Source of the DNA: Escherichia virus TH06
Sequence record: MT446386.1
Length of the DNA: 64,000 nt
Reading direction: 5' to 3' (one strand)
The notes below the pieces were generated by a model. That model made no database searches. It saw nothing but the letters and a program-made list of their open reading frames with translations, and was not told where the DNA came from. Shown in pieces: positions 41,284-49,015 of the stretch. Each line of letters starts with the position of its first letter. Positions within the stretch are counted from its first letter, which is position 1. Both the position numbers and the translations under genes were made by a program.

Positions 41284-41727
41284 GTGGCTAAATCAAAAAT
41301 CAGCATGAAGGGCGGGCGTTGTTTTGCTATCTCTGAACTGGAGAAAGAGAAGCCAAAGGCAACCAATCACGTCAGCAAGCGTAGTTTAAAACGTCGTGCT
41401 GCAAAGGCTGAGGCTGAATCTCATGTTCCTTCTAGTATACCTAAGCGCGTAGGCCATCGCGTTCATCGTGCTGATGCGTTATTGTTAGCTGATCATAAAC
41501 GATCTTTGTTACAGAGCGGGGGCGCTAAAACAGAAGAAGAGAAGAAGTTAGAAATCTTCTGTAATGGTCGCACCCGTGGTAAACAGAAGTTTAAGGGTAG
41601 CACGAAAGACCCGCAGGCTTTCCCTAAGACAAGCCAATGCGCACCTGATGTTTTCTACGCAGACAGTAAACATAAATGGGGCGTTGAGAAATACATTGAC
41701 CCCATCAAAGAGGCAAGGGTTAAGTAG
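41284..41727 (+). CDS. basic hypothetical protein
   Basis: GTG start 8 nt after AAGGA; Lys/Arg-rich. Confidence 0.4.
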   Translation: MAKSKISMKGGRCFAISELEKEKPKATNHVSKRSLKRRAAKAEAESHVPSSIPKRVGHRVHRADALLLADHKRSLLQSGGAKTEEEKKLEIFCNGRTRGKQKFKGSTKDPQAFPKTSQCAPDVFYADSKHKWGVEKYIDPIKEARVK

Positions 41728-41806
41728 TAGGAATATAGCCCCTCTTTTAGTACTATGACGCTCTTTCTGTAGCGTCGTGCCCTCTCCCCATTTGAAGATT
41801 CCGCAT

Positions 41807-41829
41807 AGCCGCCTTTGAGCGGCTTTTTG
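41807..41829 (+). terminator. intrinsic terminator
   Basis: AGCCGC-CTTTGA-GCGGCT then TTTTT. Confidence 0.65.
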
Positions 41830-41891
41830 CGTTGCTGTAAGTGCATTTGCGAGTGTATTTATAGCAACGGTCATGTGTTGCTTTCAGGTTT

Positions 41892-41918
41892 GCCCCGGCT
41901 ACGGCTGGGGCTTTTTTA
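41892..41918 (+). terminator. intrinsic terminator
   Basis: GCCCCGGC-TACG-GCTGGGGC then TTTTTT. Confidence 0.6.
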
Positions 41919-41966
41919 TGCCCGTAAAACAGGAGGTATCAAGTTCTGATAACAACGGCCCAGCTA

Positions 41967-42356
41967 ATGTTGACATTGACTATTTATTATGAGGCAGGGA
42001 ATCAGCCAACCGCATGTAAGGCTTTAGTTGCGGATACCGTAATAAATAGAATGGCACAACGAAAACTGACCGCTGAACAGGTGATAAGACAAAAGAACCA
42101 GTTTGAGTGGATTCCGGTACTATTAAAACAGGAGAAACCTTATAAACGTTATGTAAAGCTGATTCGTGATAAAAATCCGATGACTAAGCAAGCCATTGGA
42201 GAAAGCGAGCGGCTAGCTAAACGTGCCCTTAAGAAGAATTATGTTCCGCTTTATAGTGGGACTTACTTTCAGAGTAAGAGCGAAGGGGTGCCAAAATGGT
42301 ATGCCAATCCTATGTATTGTGGTGATTTAGTGTTCGATAATAGCTCTAGGGAATAA
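41967..42356 (+). CDS. SleB/CwlJ-like cell-wall hydrolase domain protein
   Basis: IYYEAGNQ...ALVADTVINR and NQF motifs match the Hydrolase_2 pattern Y.EA...VA..V.NR ... QFS. Confidence 0.45.
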   Translation: MLTLTIYYEAGNQPTACKALVADTVINRMAQRKLTAEQVIRQKNQFEWIPVLLKQEKPYKRYVKLIRDKNPMTKQAIGESERLAKRALKKNYVPLYSGTYFQSKSEGVPKWYANPMYCGDLVFDNSSRE

Positions 42357-42555
42357 TCTCTAGTGCCAGATTTAACAAACTAAATTCCTTTATAAACCAA
42401 CCACTTAGTAAATTTATTGAAAAAGATGGTAGTATTCTGGGACTATGGGTAATGCTCTGTATATAGACCCTTTGAAAATTTCTTAGAAAATAAGTTTACT
42501 AAATATAACTTACTTAAATAATATTACTTTTAATCTCTGATAAAGGGTAAATAAT

Positions 42556-42852
42556 ATGACTTTAGAGGTATATAAATTCCTTTTTGTAAGCTGTTTAACT
42601 ATCAGCGTTATAGGGTTTATTGTTCTCAGAAACAAAGCAGCAAGCTGGGAGAGAATGTATAAATCTCTAGTCCGAGTGGATGAGATGTATAATGAGAAAG
42701 TTAAAGTAACACTTAATGATCTTATTATGCAAGTTGAAGACAGAAATAAGCGTCTTCAGAACCTCAACCATGAAGTATTACGACTTGCTCGTGCTAATGA
42801 AGACTTGCGAGTAGCTATTGCTAAGCAGCAGGAGATTAACAGTGAAAGTTAA
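42556..42852 (+). CDS. membrane-anchored coiled-coil protein
   Basis: N-terminal TM helix followed by a heptad-rich segment. Confidence 0.4.
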   Translation: MTLEVYKFLFVSCLTISVIGFIVLRNKAASWERMYKSLVRVDEMYNEKVKVTLNDLIMQVEDRNKRLQNLNHEVLRLARANEDLRVAIAKQQEINSES

Positions 42853-43078
42853 TATTAAATCTGATCGTACAATGCTTCGATTAAATAACATGAAGCCGGG
42901 GGTTCTGTTTGAGCGTAAAGAATCCCTTTACATCAGAACCGACACATTGTACGCAGACAATTATGTCAACTGTGTTGATGTGGTAACTGGAAAGCTCATG
43001 CCTTTTAAACGGGATGAAGTTTGCCAAGTACGCAGTGATCTCCATATAACCAACATAGAGGCTAAAGATGAAGATTAA
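42842..43078 (+). CDS. small paralog-family protein (array 1, member 1)
   Basis: GTG start after AGGAG; motif KPGVLF; family resemblance to the following genes. Confidence 0.4.
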   Translation: MKVNIKSDRTMLRLNNMKPGVLFERKESLYIRTDTLYADNYVNCVDVVTGKLMPFKRDEVCQVRSDLHITNIEAKDED

Positions 43079-43325
43079 TCTTGAAGTAAATGAACCGTCT
43101 TTGTGTGTTGGTGATCTCAAACTTGGGGATGTATTCCAAATCAGGGAAACACGAGCAGATTTCTACATGGTTGTTCAGCTATTTACCTCACAGATTGAAG
43201 AGACCAAGCCTTCTGATGGGGGTTGTGTCGTCCTTAGTCTGACAAATAAGCAAGTCCTTAAACTTAGCTCGAAAAGCAAGGTTGTTCTTCTTCATGATGT
43301 TGTTATTACTAACAAGGGCAAGTAG
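43068..43325 (+). CDS. small paralog-family protein (array 1, member 2)
   Basis: MKINLEV ... LGDVFQI ... FYMVV. Confidence 0.45.
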   Translation: MKINLEVNEPSLCVGDLKLGDVFQIRETRADFYMVVQLFTSQIEETKPSDGGCVVLSLTNKQVLKLSSKSKVVLLHDVVITNKGK

Positions 43326-43544
43326 ATGGAAATTAAAGTAGTTGATTATCCTAAATATGCAAATGCAGAAGATGTTAAAGGTGGTGATGTTTTCTCTTAC
43401 GACAGACGTTTCTGGCTGATGTTAGAAGATAAAACTCCCGATGGTTTATGTAAGGCCGCCAATCTGAACAGCGGTTCTGTTGAAGTCTTCGGTCTATCAA
43501 CCACTGTTATGCCACGCCCTGATCTGTGTTTATCCCAAAAGTAA
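43326..43544 (+). CDS. small paralog-family protein (array 1, member 3)
   Basis: MEIKVVD ... GGDVFSY ... FWLML. Confidence 0.45.
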   Translation: MEIKVVDYPKYANAEDVKGGDVFSYDRRFWLMLEDKTPDGLCKAANLNSGSVEVFGLSTTVMPRPDLCLSQK

Positions 43545-43552
43545 CATCGACT

Positions 43553-43655
43553 TATAGCCCTTGTGTTTATCAGAGGGCTATGTGAGGGTGTTCCTCATTA
43601 ACTTATTAATTCAGGCATATGCCACACCGCTAGGGAGAGCTTGCTCGAACATCCG
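43553..43655 (+). repeat. conserved ~100 bp element, copy 1
   Basis: Shares TATAGCC hairpin with GAGGGCTATGTGAG, GCTAGGGAGAG and CTCGAACATCCG with 49016..49126. Confidence 0.55.
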
Positions 43656-43902
43656 GTGTTAGACTAAAACCTGTTCAATTTCGGTAGACTTTCCACTACG
43701 TAGGGGTACGTATTGGTTTGGGATTCAGGAGATCTCCTAGGGGTAGGAGGTCTTCACCAGTTGGGATAAGAGATAGCTCTAGAACCTGAACTCTTAGGCA
43801 GAGAGGGTCGGCAATGAGTACGCGGTCAGAATTAGCCTCCTGACTAGGGCTATCCCTTATATCAACTGGCAATAATGCCTCCACTAATAAAGAGAGAACG
43901 TT

Positions 43903-44043
43903 ATGAAGAAGTCAACCAAGCGTATGAACCGTCCTGAGCGTATGGATGCAGTAGCAAATGGTGCACTGAAGATCGAGTCTGCCATGCTGCGTCTGATGGG
44001 TAACATCCGTAAGCGTCAAGGTGGTTGGGTTTACAATAACTGA
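43903..44043 (+). CDS. hypothetical small basic protein (46 aa)
   Basis: Hand-translated MKKSTKRMNRPERMDAV...; weak RBS. Confidence 0.25.
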   Translation: MKKSTKRMNRPERMDAVANGALKIESAMLRLMGNIRKRQGGWVYNN

Positions 44044-44209
44044 TTTAATAAAAGGCTGCCTAGAAATAGGTGGCCTTTGTTGTTTTAATTAAGGGTCAAC
44101 TCTTACTTAAACTAACAACGGGTGTATGGTATTGACAGGCATCGGCACGGAACTTGTTACCAACAAGGTTGGCGAATCAAGACCTCTGTGAAGCTCCGAA
44201 GAAATCAAG

Positions 44210-44237
44210 GCAGGTTCGACTCCTGCTCCCCGACCAA
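44210..44237 (+). other. tRNA-like T-arm plus acceptor-3'-like segment (not a complete tRNA)
   Basis: GCAGG-TTCGACT-CCTGC followed by TCCCCGACCAAATC; no matching 5' acceptor strand found. Confidence 0.2.
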
Positions 44238-44256
44238 ATCAGCAAGAGGTGCTTAT

Positions 44257-44610
44257 ATGAGAAGCATGGTTAAAGATTGGGTAACTAAATCAGGTCTTCG
44301 TGCTGTGATTATGCACATGAACGACTCCCACTTTTGTGGATATGTAGAGCTACCAGACAGCTTAAAACATAAAAACTTCACCGGATATAACGGGAATGAA
44401 GAAGTTTGTTATGTAAGTGTTCATGGTGGTGTCACATGGCAAGATACCCTTGAAGAGATGGATGGTTTAGATACAATCGGATTTGATTGTGCCCATGCAG
44501 GTGATAAGACACGGTTCAACCCTAACGGGGTTCCAAGAACAGAAACGTTCTGCATCAACGAATGCGAACAAATGGCTGAACAACTAAGAGATCTCGAATC
44601 AAATGTCTAA
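44257..44610 (+). CDS. hypothetical protein
   Basis: ATG with RBS AGAGGTG; the track's longer form starts in unlikely upstream sequence. Confidence 0.45.
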   Translation: MRSMVKDWVTKSGLRAVIMHMNDSHFCGYVELPDSLKHKNFTGYNGNEEVCYVSVHGGVTWQDTLEEMDGLDTIGFDCAHAGDKTRFNPNGVPRTETFCINECEQMAEQLRDLESNV

Positions 44611-44779
44611 GCAAACAATCAAACATACGCAAGCTGGTTACTCTTATATCAACTCTCCTTGTTGTGGTGCTCGTGTGAATCTGGTTAAGGAAGAGGTTCG
44701 TATCGTTCAGCGTGGCGCTACTGTTGTCCGTTCATGCTGTGTCTGTGGTAATGACATTTTTATCAAAGGTAAAGTATGA
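44603..44779 (+). CDS. small zinc-ribbon-like protein (58 aa)
   Basis: SPCCGARV ... SCCVCGND; below the track cutoff; ATGA overlap with next gene. Confidence 0.35.
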   Translation: MSKQTIKHTQAGYSYINSPCCGARVNLVKEEVRIVQRGATVVRSCCVCGNDIFIKGKV

Positions 44780-45027
44780 AAAACTTCCAAGCTGCACCAA
44801 TCACGAAAGTTATTTCAGTTGATGATGTGATGATGACTGTTCCTCTGAACACTCGTTACATTGCAATTGACAAGATGGGTTATGTATGGGCTTGGAAGAT
44901 TAAGCCTAGCTATAACGCACTGTTCGACGAGTTTGTTTGTACTGGTACGTATAGCCCTACGTTCTTGGGTTTGTTTGGAGAGTTCGAAGGTCAGTATAAA
45001 ATCATCACTCTCCCTGCTTGTGCTTGA
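44776..45027 (+). CDS. hypothetical protein
   Basis: ORF with start/stop overlap. Confidence 0.45.
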   Translation: MKNFQAAPITKVISVDDVMMTVPLNTRYIAIDKMGYVWAWKIKPSYNALFDEFVCTGTYSPTFLGLFGEFEGQYKIITLPACA

Positions 45028-45034
45028 GGTTAGT

Positions 45035-45199
45035 ATGTTCAAGTGGTTTAAACGTCTATTCCATCTGCACGATTGGGTAATTCTCGAGAAGTATACACTA
45101 AAGATCACTGATGATTATGGTGGTACGAAACATAAAGGTTTACGTTATATCATGCAGTGCAAAACATGTGGTTGTATCACCAAGCGGGATATGATCTAA
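45035..45199 (+). CDS. small Cys-containing protein
   Basis: RBS GAGGT; CKTCGC motif; C-terminal part of track ORF 44861..45199. Confidence 0.35.
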   Translation: MFKWFKRLFHLHDWVILEKYTLKITDDYGGTKHKGLRYIMQCKTCGCITKRDMI

Positions 45200-45207
45200 A
45201 TAATTCT

Positions 45208-45283
45208 GCGCTCTTAGCTCAATGGATAGAGCAGTAGCCTTCTAAGCTATTGGTTACAGGTTCGAGTCCTGTAGGGCGCACCA
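45208..45283 (+). tRNA. tRNA-Arg (anticodon TCT)
   Basis: Hand-folded cloverleaf: acceptor GCGCTCT/AGGGCGC with one G-U, D-arm GCTC/GAGC, anticodon stem GTAGC/GCTAT, loop CTTCTAA, T-arm ACAGG-TTCGAGT-CCTGT, encoded CCA. Confidence 0.7.
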
Positions 45284-45377
45284 CATTTAGGGCTAGTATG
45301 GGTGCGGCACCAGAGTTAGTGTATCCCTGTTGAGGCAAGTGCTTTTATAACAGTGGGAATTACTTTCTTAGTGAGCT

Positions 45378-45404
45378 TCTGGTTCGATTCCAGATAGTCC
45401 ACCA
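45378..45404 (+). other. second tRNA-like T-arm plus 3' segment (no canonical cloverleaf)
   Basis: TCTGG-TTCGATT-CCAGA followed by TAGTCCACCAAATC; shares the ACCAAATC tail with 44210..44237. Confidence 0.2.
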
Positions 45405-45423
45405 AATCTAATAGGAGGTAATT

Positions 45424-45723
45424 ATGAGTTGGGGTGGTGTAATATCCTTAATCTGTATCTTCCTTGTCTGTGTGGCCCTTACAGGCTGCGTACAGAGCCG
45501 CCCTGATGGGTGGTGTGCAGTAGCAGTGGATGGTATTTGTGTATCTCGCTGGCATTCAGGAAACAAGATTCCTAGTGGTGAGATTGATATGCGCTACAAC
45601 GGGGCAACCTGCTCTAATGCTAACCCTTCTATCAACGAAGAGAAGTCTACGCCAGACAATGTTGTGATCGATACAGCGTTGTGGTGTGGCGGTTCTGTAA
45701 CAACAACCGGTAAGGAGTGGTAA
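45424..45723 (+). CDS. lipoprotein (possible superinfection-exclusion protein)
   Basis: Signal peptide with lipobox ALTGC; Cys-rich mature part; early-region location. Confidence 0.45.
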   Translation: MSWGGVISLICIFLVCVALTGCVQSRPDGWCAVAVDGICVSRWHSGNKIPSGEIDMRYNGATCSNANPSINEEKSTPDNVVIDTALWCGGSVTTTGKEW

Positions 45724-45724
45724 T

Positions 45725-45886
45725 GTGACTATTGAAGAACTCATTAGAACTCTTGAAAACTTATCTGTTACTTGTGGTCCAGATGCTATCGTCTACATCG
45801 AAGAACCTTCAGGGAATGAATACCCTGTGAAAGAGGTTCTTGAGTACTCAGTAGGAGATCTTTCATCAGTAACCCTAAGACATTGA
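45725..45886 (+). CDS. hypothetical small protein (GTG start)
   Basis: AAGGAG 7 nt upstream of GTG; hand-translated. Confidence 0.25.
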   Translation: MTIEELIRTLENLSVTCGPDAIVYIEEPSGNEYPVKEVLEYSVGDLSSVTLRH

Positions 45887-45887
45887 G

Positions 45888-46142
45888 GTGTATATGACAG
45901 CTCATTATTGGAATACAAAGAAGCTTCTTGAAGAGATGGCTGGGGGTAGTAAGTTCCAGTTAAACTCCATGCTTCGAATGGATGCCCGCTCTTTACGTTT
46001 CCAAGTAAAGATTGGTAACTTCAGTGATGGACTTTATTATACCTTGAAAGAAAGGATTAAGAAGACTCACTTCATCATATATGGACTCAAACCGAGAACA
46101 TATGTTAACTACATGTATTGGGATACATGCTACGATAATTGA
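45888..46142 (+). CDS. hypothetical protein
   Basis: RBS GAGGTG. Confidence 0.45.
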   Translation: MYMTAHYWNTKKLLEEMAGGSKFQLNSMLRMDARSLRFQVKIGNFSDGLYYTLKERIKKTHFIIYGLKPRTYVNYMYWDTCYDN

Positions 46143-46149
46143 GGTTATT

Positions 46150-46371
46150 ATGTTATTTGAAGCTAAGCAAACATTACCAGTAGTTCCTTTGTCTACACTT
46201 CTTAGTGGGAGTGCTTTTAGACATGATAATGGTTTTTGGATTAAGGGCGACCAAGAGGTTGGAGGGTATATTACCTGCATCAACATCTGCAACGGCGTTG
46301 TTGACGGATTTCGTCCAGCCGCTGAAGTCACTCCTCAATCCAACGCAAAGGTTGTAGGTTTAGTTTACTAA
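46150..46371 (+). CDS. hypothetical protein
   Basis: In-frame ATG with RBS GAGG inside track ORF 46081..46371. Confidence 0.4.
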   Translation: MLFEAKQTLPVVPLSTLLSGSAFRHDNGFWIKGDQEVGGYITCINICNGVVDGFRPAAEVTPQSNAKVVGLVY

Positions 46372-46380
46372 GGAGCCTGT

Positions 46381-46554
46381 ATGAGTTGTTTTGGTGGCGG
46401 TGAAGTAGATGACGATGATGACATGGAATCCAACGGTACATGCCCTGATTGTGGGTGTGAGACATTTGATGGGGTGTCAGTATATCCTGCCTGTAGTTAC
46501 TCACCAGTGATCTGTAAAACATGTGGAGATCAGCCTTGTGATCAATCTTGTTAA
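46381..46554 (+). CDS. small Cys-rich acidic protein (57 aa)
   Basis: Strong RBS AAGGAG; CPDCGC ... CKTCGDQPC. Confidence 0.4.
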   Translation: MSCFGGGEVDDDDDMESNGTCPDCGCETFDGVSVYPACSYSPVICKTCGDQPCDQSC

Positions 46555-46563
46555 GAGAATCTT

Positions 46564-46695
46564 ATGACTGAAGAATTTTTAGAGTGGTTTAGTGACACCT
46601 TCAAAGAATACCTATTCACTCCAGAAAGTTTAGAAGAGTTGAAAACCTACACTTGGTTGGCTTGGAGAGATAGCCGACGAAAAATGAATAAGTAA
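46564..46695 (+). CDS. hypothetical small protein (43 aa)
   Basis: Hand-translated. Confidence 0.25.
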   Translation: MTEEFLEWFSDTFKEYLFTPESLEELKTYTWLAWRDSRRKMNK

Positions 46696-46706
46696 GAGAC
46701 GATTAA

Positions 46707-46964
46707 ATGGGTTTACTTGATATTTTTATCTCAGTTTACTTTATTGGAGTATTCCTCTCTGTTTTAGTGCTGAAACTGCTATACAAGAAAGGTCTACTAA
46801 AAGGGGTCATTACAACAGAGTCTACCAGCTCTGAACCTGATGAGATGATGGTTGTGCTCTTAATTGTGTTGTGGCCTATCTCAATACTGGCAGGAGTTTT
46901 TTATCCAATAGGTTTGCTTCTGTTTAAAGCATATGACGCAGTTATGCATTTTATCTTTAAGTAA
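46707..46964 (+). CDS. small membrane protein
   Basis: Two hydrophobic helices. Confidence 0.45.
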   Translation: MGLLDIFISVYFIGVFLSVLVLKLLYKKGLLKGVITTESTSSEPDEMMVVLLIVLWPISILAGVFYPIGLLLFKAYDAVMHFIFK

Positions 46965-47175
46965 TATCGTGAAGGATTCTTACGAGAGTCCTTTGAGATA
47001 GGACTTCAGATCTCCTATCAAACTAACATTCATGTAACTAGCCCATAAGGGCGTTACCCTTTAATAACCCAGCCCACTAAGGGGGCGGGAGTTTAGTGCT
47101 GGATTGGCTTTACGCTTATTCCTACAAAGGCAACCGATTGTTAGATCTTACATGCAATATTAACTAATAGGATAA

Positions 47176-47206
47176 GGGAGGATTCGTCCCCTCCCCCTAT
47201 TTTATT
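47176..47206 (+). terminator. intrinsic terminator (weaker U-tract)
   Basis: GGGAGG-ATTCGTC-CCTCCC then CCTATTTTATT. Confidence 0.45.
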
Positions 47207-47254
47207 GAATCTTTATCTAAGCAAGTCTTACATAAATATTTAATTGGAGGATGT

Positions 47255-47566
47255 ATGAAAGCTCGAAGAACTATATGGACTCCGATGCAGATTGAAAATC
47301 TTCGGAGACTAATCAAAGAGTACTCGGTTCAAGAAGTTGCTCAGATTATGAATGTAACGGAGAATGCAGTTAACACAGCTTGTACTAAATTCGGAATATC
47401 AAGAGCTTCAGTCCGAGTTAAATGGTCTGAAGAAGAAGATCAGTTCCTTATCCGTAATGCTGGGTTCATGCCTATTCAGAGAATGGCTGACATGCTCGGT
47501 AGAAGTTATGCTGCTGTACAGAACAGGGCATGTATGCACCTTAATATTAGCCTCAAACTTAAATAG
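47255..47566 (+). CDS. putative DNA-binding protein with two HTH-like repeats
   Basis: Internal repeat W(T/S)..Q...L...I...... both ending in A(V/A)(N/Q)(T/N)(A/R)A. Confidence 0.4.
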   Translation: MKARRTIWTPMQIENLRRLIKEYSVQEVAQIMNVTENAVNTACTKFGISRASVRVKWSEEEDQFLIRNAGFMPIQRMADMLGRSYAAVQNRACMHLNISLKLK

Positions 47567-47574
47567 GAATCAAT

Positions 47575-47823
47575 ATGAAGATTACTCACAAGAAAGAAGA
47601 AGTGTCCACGGTTGATATCAACTCTCTTCCTAGTGGAGCAGTATTTAAATTCCCTGAGAGTTCTACTCTCTATGTCAAAGGGTCTGTGTCTGAAAGTCCT
47701 AATGTAACCGTTAACTCCGATCGAGCAATCACTCTTCGTCTATCTGATGGTAACGTAACAGCCCCTTCTATCTGGTGCCGAGTTGTCCCTGTATCGGCAG
47801 AACTTTTGGTGGATAATACATAA
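47575..47823 (+). CDS. small paralog-family protein (array 2, member 1)
   Basis: MKITHKK ... SGAVFKF ... LYVKG. Confidence 0.45.
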   Translation: MKITHKKEEVSTVDINSLPSGAVFKFPESSTLYVKGSVSESPNVTVNSDRAITLRLSDGNVTAPSIWCRVVPVSAELLVDNT

Positions 47824-48068
47824 TGAAAATCATCCCAAAGAAAAAGGATAATACGGTACGATTGGAAACAATCATTCCCGGAAACCCTTTCGTGGTTCAG
47901 AACGGAAGTGCCTCTCCTCAGTATTACATGAGGGTTGAAAATGCTTCTGGTAACATTCGTATAGCCAGTGGTTGGGTTCCTGTGGTAAACCTTTCCACAG
48001 GTGTGTTATCTGTTAAAGGTCTTGATGATCAGGTAGAAATGATTCGTATGTCAGTGGTTCAGGAGTAG
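47823..48068 (+). CDS. small paralog-family protein (array 2, member 2)
   Basis: MKIIPKK ... PGNPFVV ... YYMRV. Confidence 0.45.
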   Translation: MKIIPKKKDNTVRLETIIPGNPFVVQNGSASPQYYMRVENASGNIRIASGWVPVVNLSTGVLSVKGLDDQVEMIRMSVVQE

Positions 48069-48322
48069 TGCATATGAGCATTATTAACATTAAAGTTAAA
48101 GACAAAGAGGAAAAAATCCTCCGCGTCAGAGATCTAAATATGTCAGATGTGTTCACTCTCCAAGAGTGCCAAAATCAAAAGGTTTATATGATGACAGCTA
48201 AAAGCAGGGGTTGTCAACCTGCTGGAGCTGTTAACCTAGGCACTGGAGAACTACGTGTCATCTCTGGTGATATGGTTGTTGGTGAGAAGTTTATTAAGGC
48301 TGAAATCATCTTAACTTCGTAG
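48068..48322 (+). CDS. small paralog-family protein (array 2, member 3)
   Basis: MSDVFTLQ ... VYMMT. Confidence 0.45.
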   Translation: MHMSIINIKVKDKEEKILRVRDLNMSDVFTLQECQNQKVYMMTAKSRGCQPAGAVNLGTGELRVISGDMVVGEKFIKAEIILTS

Positions 48323-48330
48323 GAAAACAA

Positions 48331-48447
48331 ATGAGACGTAAAGCATATTCTTATGACGATATGATTAACCAGAAAGGCTTCGGTCAACGACAGCCTGACG
48401 GTTCAATTATCTGGTTCGTAAACGGACAGAAAAAGGTAGCTAAATAG
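48331..48447 (+). CDS. hypothetical small protein (38 aa)
   Basis: Hand-translated; weak support. Confidence 0.2.
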   Translation: MRRKAYSYDDMINQKGFGQRQPDGSIIWFVNGQKKVAK

Positions 48448-48553
48448 GCTCTCTTCTCTCCTCCTTTTAGTACTATGACGCCTCTCTGTGGGCGGCCCAA
48501 TTTGCGTAGGGAATTCCCTCTACGCAGCCATAACTTTTTAAGGAATTTCCCCT

Positions 48554-48787
48554 ATGTCTAAAGTAAGCGCAATTGATGCAATCCGTCAACCATTCCAGTT
48601 CCAATCTAAATCAACCCAAACCTTCAGTGAGCCTAAGCAAATTCGCTTGGGCGGCACAGAGAAGACTGTGTTTGATCTGGCTAAAAACAAGAGCGTTACT
48701 GTAGTTGATGGTGGCACTCTGGTTAACGTTTCCCATCGCATCCGCACTGGCAAAACTGCCAAAGATCGTGCTAAGAAAGGCGAGTAA
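48554..48787 (+). CDS. hypothetical protein
   Basis: ORF with start/stop overlap to the next gene. Confidence 0.45.
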   Translation: MSKVSAIDAIRQPFQFQSKSTQTFSEPKQIRLGGTEKTVFDLAKNKSVTVVDGGTLVNVSHRIRTGKTAKDRAKKGE

Positions 48788-49002
48788 TGATAACACTTGT
48801 GTCGATCGTTTACAGAATACACTACCGTCTAGACAAAGGTAAAACCTATAAGTGCAAGAGTAAGACAGGCAATAGATGCTCTGTAGAAAACAACTCTGGT
48901 CAATGGGTGGATGTACCTTGTTGTTGGTTCAGGAAAGACTTGACTAACAAAGAAATTGACGAAATCCTTAGTGATGGTTTTGTAAAATCAAGTGATTTTT
49001 AG
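48787..49002 (+). CDS. hypothetical Cys-containing protein
   Basis: ATGA overlap. Confidence 0.4.
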   Translation: MITLVSIVYRIHYRLDKGKTYKCKSKTGNRCSVENNSGQWVDVPCCWFRKDLTNKEIDEILSDGFVKSSDF

Positions 49003-49015
49003 TTGTAGTAACGCC

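Noticed and set aside
44122-44256. Long forms of track ORFs (44122..44610, and similarly 3459..3827, 44861..45199, 46081..46371, 61854..63272)
   Set aside because: The upstream extensions overlap neighbouring genes or lack an RBS; internal ATGs with an RBS fit better, so shorter genes were called.
45284-45405. A second canonical tRNA downstream of tRNA-Arg
   Set aside because: A good T-arm is present but I could not pair a 5' acceptor strand or build D and anticodon arms; kept only as a tRNA-like fragment.
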